From: a virus
DNA length: 64,000 bases
Direction: 5' to 3' (one strand)
Virus record (IMG/VR): IMGVR_UViG_3300047289_000086
Shown: positions 8,204 to 14,205 of the stretch, piece by piece
Layout: each line of letters begins with the position of its first letter
How positions within the stretch are numbered: the stretch's first letter is position 1
Translations under genes and position numbers: made by a program
The notes under the pieces: model-generated
Told to the model about the DNA's origin: nothing
Seen by the model: the letters and a program-made list of their open reading frames with translations, nothing else
The model's database searches: none

Positions 8204-8232
8204 ATTATACACTATTTAGATAACTACTTCAA
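8204..8232 (-). promoter_or_regulatory. sigma70-type promoter (P2 of the ORF-free block)
   Basis: Reverse complement reads TTGAAG-N17-TATAAT. Confidence 0.55.
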
Positions 8233-8374
8233 GTAAAAAATTAGACACTCGTTGCAATCAGACTACTCACAAAACAGACTATTGATAAGTTGAGAGGTTG
8301 AGGTGATAATCATTTGCAGACGGACACCAACTTTCATTGGTATTCATTAAGCCCTTCCCGACTGTCTAATATAT

Positions 8375-8403
8375 ATTATACTTGAAAAACAGTTGAAGAT
8401 CAA
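8375..8403 (-). promoter_or_regulatory. sigma70-type promoter (P1 of the ORF-free block)
   Basis: Reverse complement reads TTGATC-N17-TATAAT, just downstream of the stop of gene 8435..8743. Confidence 0.45.
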
Positions 8404-8434
8404 GTCAATATTTTTTGACCCTCAACTGTTGCAA

Positions 8435-8743
8435 TCAACGCAGGTTCTGGAGGATTGCTTCCAACACTTCGTGGTTGGCTTTCTCCAAAGAGTCGAAAGT
8501 CTCTGGAGCAACACCAACACGGTTGGCGATTGCGTCAACAAGGTCAGCCTTCTTGACACGAGCAACACCAGAAGTCTTAGACTTAGGTGTGTAAACTCCC
8601 TCACGAGAGAGTTTGGCAACCACTGAGCGAGTGGTCTTGCCGAACATTGTTGCCAATGTTTCGACAGTAGCGCCAGCTTTGTAGTTGGCAACGAGCTGAG
8701 CTGTTTGCTCAGGTGTATAGTTCACGGGTTTGTCAGTCATCAT
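8435..8743 (-). CDS. small HTH protein, paralog 2 of 4
   Basis: NYTPEQTAQLVANYKAGATVETLATMFGKTTRSVVAKLSREGVY. AAAGGA RBS before ATG 8743/8740. Own promoter at 8782-8810. Confidence 0.7.
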   Translation of the reverse strand: MMTDKPVNYTPEQTAQLVANYKAGATVETLATMFGKTTRSVVAKLSREGVYTPKSKTSGVARVKKADLVDAIANRVGVAPETFDSLEKANHEVLEAILQNLR

Positions 8744-8781
8744 ATGTCCTTTCAAATGGTTTCTGTGCTGTTTAAAGATTA

Positions 8782-8810
8782 ATTATACTCTTAAAAGGGA
8801 ACATCGTCAA
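8782..8810 (-). promoter_or_regulatory. sigma70-type promoter
   Basis: Reverse complement reads TTGACG-N17-TATAAT, upstream of HTH paralog 2. Confidence 0.6.
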
Positions 8811-8925
8811 ATTCAAAAAATTCGTCGTGATCGTTGGTACAGACGAAAACTTCCGATAGTTCTGCACCCGCAAATTCTCTGAAATAGTCTTCCTGAATTT
8901 GTGCGTAAAATTCATGTTCTGTCAT
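8791..8925 (-). CDS. very acidic 44 aa protein (below the ORF-track cutoff)
   Basis: Hand translation MTEHEFYAQIQEDYFREFAGAELSEVFVCTNDHDEFFEFDDVPF. AAAGGG RBS. Own promoter at 8955-8983. Confidence 0.4.
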   Translation of the reverse strand: MTEHEFYAQIQEDYFREFAGAELSEVFVCTNDHDEFFEFDDVPF

Positions 8926-8954
8926 CTCAGAGCCCTTTCTATCTAATATGTATT

Positions 8955-8983
8955 ATTATACAAAATTTGAAAAAATTCAACAA
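8955..8983 (-). promoter_or_regulatory. sigma70-type promoter
   Basis: Reverse complement reads TTGTTG-N17-TATAAT, upstream of the acidic 44 aa ORF. Confidence 0.5.
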
Positions 8984-9026
8984 GTGCAAAGTTTTTGACG
9001 TGAGCTAACCGCCGCTGAAAATCTAC

Positions 9027-9056
9027 TTGACACATCAAGGTTTACCACTGTATAAT
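9027..9056 (+). promoter_or_regulatory. cassette B promoter
   Basis: TTGACA-N18-TATAAT followed by TGGCGCA. Divergent from the - strand promoter at 8955-8983. Confidence 0.65.
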
Positions 9057-9062
9057 TGGCGC

Positions 9063-9222
9063 ACACGCACCAACGGAAAAATTCCCCAAGTTTTTGCACT
9101 GGCGCAGAAAATTTCTGCGCCCAAATAGTACAAAAGTAGTAGTCGCTTTAAGCGACCGTAATCAGGTCTAATCGGGTATTTAAACGGGTAGGGTCGCTTT
9201 AAGCGACCGTTGCGTTTTTGCA
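9063..9222 (+). ncRNA. candidate sRNA (cassette B), 3' end uncertain
   Basis: Hairpins GGCGCAGAAAATTTCTGCGCC and two GTCGCTTTAAGCGAC copies. The second copy is followed by GTTGCGTTTTTG. Confidence 0.35.
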
Positions 9223-9267
9223 ACATAAATTTTGGCGCCGAAGTGAGTGCTCACTTCGCTTGGAGAT

Positions 9268-9305
9268 AATAAAAAACCGATTATCTGATTATGTCAGATA
9301 ATCGG
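9268..9305 (-). terminator. intrinsic terminator of HTH paralog 3
   Basis: CCGATTATCTGA / TCAGATAATCGG stem, followed by a T-run on the - strand. Confidence 0.65.
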
Positions 9306-9388
9306 GGAAAATAGATTACTGGGATTTTAACCCAGATTCCCGATAATAAAAATCGGATATTAAATATTATATGATAATCTATTATTCA

Positions 9389-9709
9389 TTATATAGGCTT
9401 AGAATTAGCTAATGCCTCGAAAATCACTTTTAAGGCATTTTTATTAGCCTTAGTTAATGATTCAATATCATTTTCGGGTAATCGCAAAATCGCCCCAATA
9501 GCATCTGCATGAATATCTTTTTTAATCGCAGATTCTCCGTTTTTGGTTTTATATTCTTTTTTAATATAAACCTTTTCACGAGATAATTTAGCGACAATAC
9601 TCCGAACAGTTTTACCAAGATTATCAGCGATAATCTCAACTGATAATCCTGCCTGATAATCGGCAATAATCTGAGCAGTTTGCTCAGGGGTATAATTAAT
9701 GTTTTTCAT
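9389..9709 (-). CDS. small HTH protein, paralog 3 of 4
   Basis: NYTPEQTAQIIADYQAGLSVEIIADNLGKTVRSIVAKLSREKVY. Followed by the terminator at 9268-9305. Confidence 0.7.
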   Translation of the reverse strand: MKNINYTPEQTAQIIADYQAGLSVEIIADNLGKTVRSIVAKLSREKVYIKKEYKTKNGESAIKKDIHADAIGAILRLPENDIESLTKANKNALKVIFEALANSKPI

Positions 9710-9721
9710 TTATTTTCTCCT

Positions 9722-9934
9722 TTAAAATGAATTATACAAACCAAGAATATTAGCTAAAAAGAAAGTACCATTAAGGGTAATTAATGATTTATCTTTTCGA
9801 TAATATCCAACCACTAACCAAGATAATGATCCTATAATAAAGAAACAATATCCCAAAAAGAATAATTGACTGGCTACAATAAAAGCACCGATAATGCTAG
9901 ATAATGTGCCAACCCAAGAAATTTTATTAATCAT
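9722..9934 (-). CDS. 3-TM small membrane protein
   Basis: 70 aa with three hydrophobic segments. Overlaps the stop of the upstream gene. Confidence 0.5.
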   Translation of the reverse strand: MINKISWVGTLSSIIGAFIVASQLFFLGYCFFIIGSLSWLVVGYYRKDKSLITLNGTFFLANILGLYNSF

Positions 9935-10308
9935 TATTTAATCCACATATTATGATGTTTATCGGGAGATAATCCGTAGTTAACCATTATCTCTTGCCAT
10001 TTAATACCATGACCACATTTTGCTTCTGATAATCCAAAAAGATTATAATCGGCTTGGTGGATTATCTCATGCGGTAATATGATTTTAGTCATATTATTTG
10101 CAAATTCTGGAGAATATAAAAAGAATTTATAACCCATTTGAATTATATTATCTTCTTGGTGGCATCTGCCCGCAGTCCGATATATTCTGCCATTAACTTC
10201 AATAATCGGTGGATTATAGCGAGATAATCGGGGATATAATTCGCAAAGAGTATCCCAGATAATCAGAGTCTGATTATTTAAAATATTAGTGAGCTTTTTT
10301 CTGTCCAT
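9934..10308 (-). CDS. SprT-like zinc metalloprotease domain protein
   Basis: HEIIH zincin motif plus RTAGRC. True start MDRKK at 10308. The upstream part of track ORF 9934..10449 covers the promoters. Confidence 0.6.
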   Translation of the reverse strand: MDRKKLTNILNNQTLIIWDTLCELYPRLSRYNPPIIEVNGRIYRTAGRCHQEDNIIQMGYKFFLYSPEFANNMTKIILPHEIIHQADYNLFGLSEAKCGHGIKWQEIMVNYGLSPDKHHNMWIK

Positions 10309-10315
10309 GTCGCAA

Positions 10316-10344
10316 ATTATACAGAGTTGTAAAAAATCCCACAA
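10316..10344 (-). promoter_or_regulatory. sigma70-type promoter giving a leaderless mRNA
   Basis: Reverse complement reads TTGTGG-N17-TATAAT, then 7 nt, then ATG 10308. Confidence 0.5.
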
Positions 10345-10360
10345 GTAGGGAAAACCCCTA

Positions 10361-10390
10361 TTGACGGGGGGCAATTTTATGTGATAAAAT
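10361..10390 (+). promoter_or_regulatory. cassette C promoter
   Basis: TTGACG-N18-TAAAAT followed by TGGCGCC. Preceded by the TAGGGAAAACCCCTA palindrome. Confidence 0.55.
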
Positions 10391-10396
10391 TGGCGC

Positions 10397-10442
10397 CTGT
10401 GGTTTTTTCGCAACAGTCGCTTTAAGCGACTGTTGTTTTTTT
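10397..10442 (+). ncRNA. candidate ~45 nt sRNA (cassette C)
   Basis: Runs from the promoter to the CAACAGTCGC TTTAA GCGACTGTTG hairpin plus T7. Confidence 0.35.
10411..10442 (+). terminator. intrinsic terminator
   Basis: 10 bp perfect stem CAACAGTCGC/GCGACTGTTG plus TTTTTTT. Confidence 0.7.
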
Positions 10443-10449
10443 GCCACAT

Positions 10450-10483
10450 ACTTTGGTTTTCAATTTGACTTGAAAACCAAAGT
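10450..10483. terminator. 14 bp perfect hairpin abutting the stop of the PQ-loop gene
   Basis: ACTTTGGTTTTCAA tttgac TTGAAAACCAAAGT. T-rich tail on the + side only. Confidence 0.4.
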
Positions 10484-10485
10484 AT

Positions 10486-10734
10486 TCATTTTCGTTTTAT
10501 TTTATAATAAATAATAATCGACAAAAATAATACATTAGCCGAGTAATTAAATAATAATGGTAAATCCATTTTAGGGAATACATATATTATTGTGAATATC
10601 TCGCCAATAAACCACATTGAAATAAATCCCCAAGTTAATCCCTCAGAGGATTTTGTTTTATATGATTCTATTGCCTGTGGTAATCCACAAAATGCCAAAA
10701 GAATAGAACCAATCCAACCTATATTATCTAACAT
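10486..10734 (-). CDS. PQ-loop / SemiSWEET-like 3-TM protein
   Basis: 82 aa. CGLPQAIESYKTKSSEGLTW PQ motif and three TM helices. Confidence 0.65.
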   Translation of the reverse strand: MLDNIGWIGSILLAFCGLPQAIESYKTKSSEGLTWGFISMWFIGEIFTIIYVFPKMDLPLLFNYSANVLFLSIIIYYKIKRK

Positions 10735-10735
10735 A

Positions 10736-11431
10736 TTATGCCTTAAAATTATCTCTTACTTGAAACTTATTCCAATCATAAGGAATAATATTATCTTGCC
10801 AATTACGTTTTTTGATTATGTGCGTGAGAATAGGTAATTCAAAATCTCTAGCATCTTCTAATGCAGTATGTGGCTCAATAATAAAATTATTATTAATAAA
10901 ACCACAAACCATTTCTGCATTAGTTTTAAAAGTCATATTACCATGCTTAGTAACATTATTAAAACCATGATTATCTAAACAGAATTGTTTATATTTTTTA
11001 GTTTTGCAGATATTACCAACCGAGGCTTGCCACAAGCAGAATTTATTATTAAATCCCGACAAATCAATACCAGTATTAGCGCATTTATTAATATCAAAAG
11101 CGAGATTATATGCAGTAAGTGAGGGATTATATTTGCCGATTGCCTGATTAATCCATTTATTAATTGCATTAACTGATGCAATCATTCTAATGCCATTTTC
11201 TAACATGGCAATATAGCCCATTTTGCGTTTAGTTAATCCCTCATAACCCCAAATATCATTTGCGTTTTTATCATGGAATAATTCCATTGTATTATAATGC
11301 CCATTAACTAAAACAGCGCATTGATTATAGATAATACCCTCACGATCACAGATAATCATGGCAAAATCTGCCACAGTATCGCCCATAGTAGTTTCTGTGT
11401 CCAGAATACAAAAGTATTGCTTTTTAGCCAT
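10736..11431 (-). CDS. DEDD-family 3'-5' exonuclease
   Basis: ExoI ILDTETT, ExoII YNLAFDI and ExoIII HTALEDA motifs in the correct order. Confidence 0.8.
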   Translation of the reverse strand: MAKKQYFCILDTETTMGDTVADFAMIICDREGIIYNQCAVLVNGHYNTMELFHDKNANDIWGYEGLTKRKMGYIAMLENGIRMIASVNAINKWINQAIGKYNPSLTAYNLAFDINKCANTGIDLSGFNNKFCLWQASVGNICKTKKYKQFCLDNHGFNNVTKHGNMTFKTNAEMVCGFINNNFIIEPHTALEDARDFELPILTHIIKKRNWQDNIIPYDWNKFQVRDNFKA

Positions 11432-11528
11432 TGTGTGCTTTCAGTTAATAGACCTGCATCTTACCATAAATTTTAAATAATAGGTGTGGTATTTTAATCA
11501 CACACAAAAAATATGTTATTAAAAAAAC

Positions 11529-11558
11529 TTGACACGCCCCAATTTTATGTGATAAAAT
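11529..11558 (+). promoter_or_regulatory. cassette D promoter
   Basis: TTGACA-N18-TAAAAT followed by TGGCGCAAACTGTGG. Confidence 0.55.
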
Positions 11559-11575
11559 TGGCGCAAACTGTGGTT

Positions 11576-11603
11576 TAAAAACAACAGTCGCTTTAAGCGA
11601 CTG
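11576..11603 (-). terminator. intrinsic terminator of gene 11653..11862
   Basis: CAGTCGC TTTAA GCGACTG hairpin followed by TTGTTTTTA on the - strand. Confidence 0.5.
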
Positions 11604-11610
11604 GTTAAAA

Positions 11611-11636
11611 TTGAAAACCTGAGTATTCAATTTTTT
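11611..11636 (+). terminator. intrinsic terminator (+)
   Basis: GAAAACCTGAGTATTC hairpin followed by AATTTTTT. Confidence 0.5.
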
Positions 11637-11652
11637 CTGCAAACCTGAGTAT

Positions 11653-11862
11653 TCAAAAATATGGTTGTGCCGATTCGCTTTTGTCCATGATATCCGCCCA
11701 ACCATGCCAGCCCATTTGCCATGCTTCTGATTGCGCCTTGTCTAGTGGTTCACCTAGAGCATGAGCATCAAAACCTAATTCATAGTCCCGATTATTAAAA
11801 TAATTGTAAGGGTAGCGAGTACCCCCATCAAATCTATAATGAAATTTTGGATCATTAATCAT
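11653..11862 (-). CDS. hypothetical protein
   Basis: 69 aa ORF, last gene of a - strand operon. Confidence 0.5.
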   Translation of the reverse strand: MINDPKFHYRFDGGTRYPYNYFNNRDYELGFDAHALGEPLDKAQSEAWQMGWHGWADIMDKSESAQPYF

Positions 11863-11863
11863 T

Positions 11864-12016
11864 TTATTTGTCCATAATGAATCTTTTATATTCTTGCATA
11901 TTATTACGATAATCCCAAGTACCCAACATTATTAATGGCAGGATAATAGTTACTAAAAGTTTATCGGGTCTAGAATATATAAAATGCCAGATTATCTGTG
12001 ATAATGTTTTAATCAT
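11864..12016 (-). CDS. hypothetical 50 aa membrane protein (below cutoff)
   Basis: Hand translation MIKTLSQIIWHFIYSRPDKLLVTIILPLIMLGTW... The stop lies 1 nt before the next ATG. The start shares TAATG with the upstream ORF. Confidence 0.35.
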   Translation of the reverse strand: MIKTLSQIIWHFIYSRPDKLLVTIILPLIMLGTWDYRNNMQEYKRFIMDK

Positions 12017-12168
12017 TAATGTATTCTCTTAGTTAATATGTCTAGAATCTGTCTTAATGGCATTTGCATTATTTCCGATATATCATAAAGATTTAAGCCT
12101 TCGGCTAAAAAATCTTTAATTAATGTCTCGGCATAATCAACATTAATGCCCTTGTTTACTTGGTACAT
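12016..12168 (-). CDS. hypothetical 50 aa protein (below cutoff)
   Basis: Hand translation MYQVNKGINVDYAETLIKDFLAEGLNLYDISEIMQMPLRQILDILTKRIH, HTH-like. Overlaps the end of the HAD gene. Confidence 0.35.
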   Translation of the reverse strand: MYQVNKGINVDYAETLIKDFLAEGLNLYDISEIMQMPLRQILDILTKRIH

Positions 12169-12619
12169 ATACACCCCTTATATTAAATCTGTCACAAACC
12201 GCTTTTAAATAAGTTACATTATCTTCATAAAACGTAAATTCAGCATCTTTAAATGTAATTAAATTAAAGAATTTAGCTAAACCATTAATTTTTAATGTAG
12301 CACCTGATATACTAGAACCTTCAGTTCTTGAAATAATATAATCAGGTTCACCCAATACCGAGTCAATAAATGTATAATCAGGGGTATTAAGAACACGGGC
12401 AGTAGCAATAATGACATAACACGATTCATCTTTTAAATCCTTTTTATATTGCTCTGCTAATGGTAAGAGAGAATCATTCAAGGCTAAATCTTGATTTTCT
12501 CTCCAATAATTTAAATCTATTCTCTCGCCATTTTCATCTACGATTGTGCGATACCTATGCAAACTGCAAACAATAGTTCCATCCATATCATAAATTGAAA
12601 CCTTTTTAATTTTAGCCAT
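12143..12619 (-). CDS. HAD-superfamily phosphatase
   Basis: Start MAKIKK after AAAGGA. DxDxT motif YDMDGT. Confidence 0.65.
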   Translation of the reverse strand: MAKIKKVSIYDMDGTIVCSLHRYRTIVDENGERIDLNYWRENQDLALNDSLLPLAEQYKKDLKDESCYVIIATARVLNTPDYTFIDSVLGEPDYIISRTEGSSISGATLKINGLAKFFNLITFKDAEFTFYEDNVTYLKAVCDRFNIRGVYVPSKQGH

Positions 12620-12711
12620 TTTGTAATCCTTTTCTGTTATTGTCCCCATTATACACAAAAACCGCCAAAAAAACCATGTGTGCTAAAATACAACATAGGG
12701 GTTTACACCTA

Positions 12712-12741
12712 TTGACAGGGGCTCCAAAATTATGGTATAAT
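12712..12741 (+). promoter_or_regulatory. cassette E promoter
   Basis: TTGACA-N18-TATAAT followed by TTTGGCGCAAACTGTTG. The palindrome ATAGGGGTTTACACCTAT abuts the -35. Confidence 0.65.
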
Positions 12742-12760
12742 TTTGGCGCAAACTGTTGCT

Positions 12761-12787
12761 AAAAAGCAACAGTCGCTTGAAGCGACT
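12761..12787 (-). terminator. intrinsic terminator of gene 12871..13221
   Basis: AGTCGCT tga AGCGACT hairpin followed by GTTGCTTTTT on the - strand. Confidence 0.5.
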
Positions 12788-12829
12788 ACATCTAGCGAAG
12801 TGAGTGCTTACTTCGCTGCGGCGCAGACC

Positions 12830-12854
12830 TGAATACCTGAGTATTCAATTTTTT
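12830..12854 (+). terminator. intrinsic terminator (+)
   Basis: TGAATAC ctga GTATTCA followed by ATTTTTT. Confidence 0.6.
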
Positions 12855-12870
12855 CTGCAAACCTTGGTAT

Positions 12871-13221
12871 TCAAAAATAAACAATGTCAACCTTGTAAGT
12901 ATCATTAAAATATTTTCTCCATTGCGTGAAACCTGTTTTTGTATCGTGACCTAAATCTTGGTTGTTTTCCATTTGCCATGCATGAACATACTCATGTGCA
13001 AGTGTGCAAAATAATTGCCTATCCGATTTTATTTCACTAGTGGAAAGCCTGATTTTGTGGTTTATCTTTTTTTCTGAAAATTTTGTTCCCTCATACATTC
13101 CCATGCAGGGATCACCATCAAAACGAATAACCTTGTTTTTTGCAAAATTAATCCTGTGTTTTAAGTTAAATTCATCTTGCAGAATTAATTGAAACAAGCG
13201 TATTTTATCTGATTTGATCAT
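12871..13221 (-). CDS. SprT-like/zincin domain protein (second copy)
   Basis: HEYVH HExxH motif within LAHEYVHAWQ. Confidence 0.55.
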   Translation of the reverse strand: MIKSDKIRLFQLILQDEFNLKHRINFAKNKVIRFDGDPCMGMYEGTKFSEKKINHKIRLSTSEIKSDRQLFCTLAHEYVHAWQMENNQDLGHDTKTGFTQWRKYFNDTYKVDIVYF

Positions 13222-13381
13222 TTTGTGAACCAGTTTAAAAGCACAATTTTAATTGCAACAAACACAATAAAAGCGAATAAGTATAAAATAAATTCAAGCA
13301 TGATTTTGTAATAGACTAATGGTTTAAAAACAGACTAATGGTTTTTTGGTTTTCAAAATGAAATTATAACACAATTTCATT

Positions 13382-13410
13382 TTGAAAAACAAGGGGCAAA
13401 GCCCCATTGT
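13382..13410 (-). terminator. intrinsic terminator of HTH paralog 4
   Basis: ACAATGGGGC ttt GCCCCTTGT on the - strand, followed by TTTTTC. Confidence 0.6.
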
Positions 13411-13737
13411 TTACAAGGTCTTTTCAGCCTTGATAAAATCAGCAATTTTCATCAAAGCAATTTTATTTGCTTTAGTGAGTGATTCTGTATCAGCTTCAGT
13501 CAAGCCTAGTGCATTACCGATAAAATCAGCGTGAACATCCTTTTTAATAGGTGTCTCGCCTGATTTCGTTTTGTATGCTTTAGCAACATAAACCTTTTCA
13601 CGGCTCAATTTTGCAACAACAGAACGAACAGTTTTGCCGAATGATTCAGCAATGGTTTCTACGCTAGTGCCAGCTTGATAGTCGGCAACCATTCGAGCAG
13701 TTTGCTCAGGCGTGTAATTCACAGTTTTGGTAGTCAT
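13411..13737 (-). CDS. small HTH protein, paralog 4 of 4
   Basis: NYTPEQTARMVADYQAGTSVETIAESFGKTVRSVVAKLSREKVY. Terminator at 13382-13410. Confidence 0.7.
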   Translation of the reverse strand: MTTKTVNYTPEQTARMVADYQAGTSVETIAESFGKTVRSVVAKLSREKVYVAKAYKTKSGETPIKKDVHADFIGNALGLTEADTESLTKANKIALMKIADFIKAEKTL

Positions 13738-13770
13738 CTTATTTTCTCCTAGTAAGAATGAATTTTAACA

Positions 13771-13899
13771 TCATGGCTTCATTAACGCAAGCCATATCCA
13801 CAATGGTGAAAAGGTTACTGCAACAAACAAAATTGCACATAAAATATCTGTAACCAATTTGTTTTCAATTTTGATCATGTTGCTGTTCCTTGTCATCAT
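13771..13899 (-). CDS. 42 aa membrane protein, apparently leaderless
   Basis: MMTRNSNMIKIENKLVTDILCAILFVAVTFSPLWIWLALMKP. The ATG lies 6 nt after a TATAAT. The longer track ORF 13771..14049 runs through the promoter cassette. Confidence 0.4.
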   Translation of the reverse strand: MMTRNSNMIKIENKLVTDILCAILFVAVTFSPLWIWLALMKP

Positions 13900-13905
13900 G
13901 TGTTT

Positions 13906-13935
13906 ATTATAGCAGAAAAAACCAAAAAAGTTCAA
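13906..13935 (-). promoter_or_regulatory. sigma70-type promoter giving a leaderless mRNA
   Basis: Reverse complement reads TTGAAC-N18-TATAAT, then 6 nt, then ATG 13899. Confidence 0.45.
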
Positions 13936-13969
13936 GTGTGTCAAAATACAACATAGGGGTTTATCCCTA

Positions 13970-13998
13970 TTGACAAGTCGTGGGCGGTGTGGTATAAT
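13970..13998 (+). promoter_or_regulatory. cassette F promoter
   Basis: TTGACA-N17-TATAAT followed by TTTGGCGCC. The palindrome ATAGGGGTTTATCCCTAT abuts the -35. Confidence 0.65.
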
Positions 13999-14004
13999 TT
14001 TGGC

Positions 14005-14205
14005 GCCCCAAAACTGAGTACCTTGGTTCTCAAAAAATCCTGCAAACAAAAGTATTCATTTTTTGTAACAAAAACTGTGGCAAAAAAACAACAGTCGCTT
14101 TAAGCGACTGGTTACGGAAACACCCGCACGGAAAGGATTCGAACTTGCACACTGGCGCACGAATTTCGTGCGCCAAAATCGCTGAAGTGAACGCTCACTT
14201 CGCCT
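14005..14205 (+). ncRNA. candidate sRNA (cassette F), 3' end undefined
   Basis: Contains the CAGTCGC/GCGACTG hairpin, the perfect 23 nt palindrome TGGCGCACGAATTTCGTGCGCCA (14153-14175) and the GAAGTGA/TCACTTC hairpin. Confidence 0.3.
14082..14110 (-). terminator. intrinsic terminator of gene 14337..14495
   Basis: CAGTCGC TTTAA GCGACTG hairpin followed by TTGTTTTTTT on the - strand. Confidence 0.5.

Larger units (their letters stand above)
11565..11636 (+). ncRNA. candidate ~70 nt antisense sRNA (cassette D)
   Basis: Runs from the promoter to the hairpin plus T6 at 11611-11636. Antisense to the 3' UTR of gene 11653..11862. Confidence 0.4.
12748..12854 (+). ncRNA. candidate ~105 nt antisense sRNA (cassette E)
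   Basis: Three hairpins (ACTGTTGC/GCAACAGT, AGTCGCT/AGCGACT, GCGAAGTGAG/CTTACTTCGC), then the terminator at 12830-12854. Antisense to the 3' UTR of gene 12871..13221. Confidence 0.45.

Noticed and set aside
9035-9226. 63 aa ORF on the - strand in the ORF track.
   Set aside because: It lies entirely within the cassette B hairpin repeats. The repeated GRLKRP segments are just translated hairpins.
9250-10310. Strong over-representation of GATAAT(C) on the + strand (about 16 copies in 1 kb by eye).
   Set aside because: It is largely explained by the reverse complement ATT-ATC, an Ile-Ile codon pair, plus GAT-TAT in the Ile-rich - strand genes. One terminator hairpin adds further copies. This is probably compositional rather than a site family.
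10309-10449. N-terminal extension of the SprT-like ORF. The same issue affects 13900-14049 for ORF 13771..14049.
   Set aside because: The extensions cross promoters on both strands and a strong terminator. Internal ATGs placed right after TATAAT boxes give sensible proteins.
11445-11705. 86 aa ORF on the - strand.
   Set aside because: It covers cassette D (promoter, hairpins and terminators) and overlaps the real gene 11653..11862 in another frame.
14125-14150. GGATTCGAAC, whose reverse complement GTTCGAATCC looks like a tRNA T-loop.
   Set aside because: The flanks do not form a T-stem, acceptor stem or anticodon arm on either strand. I found no tRNA anywhere in the window.
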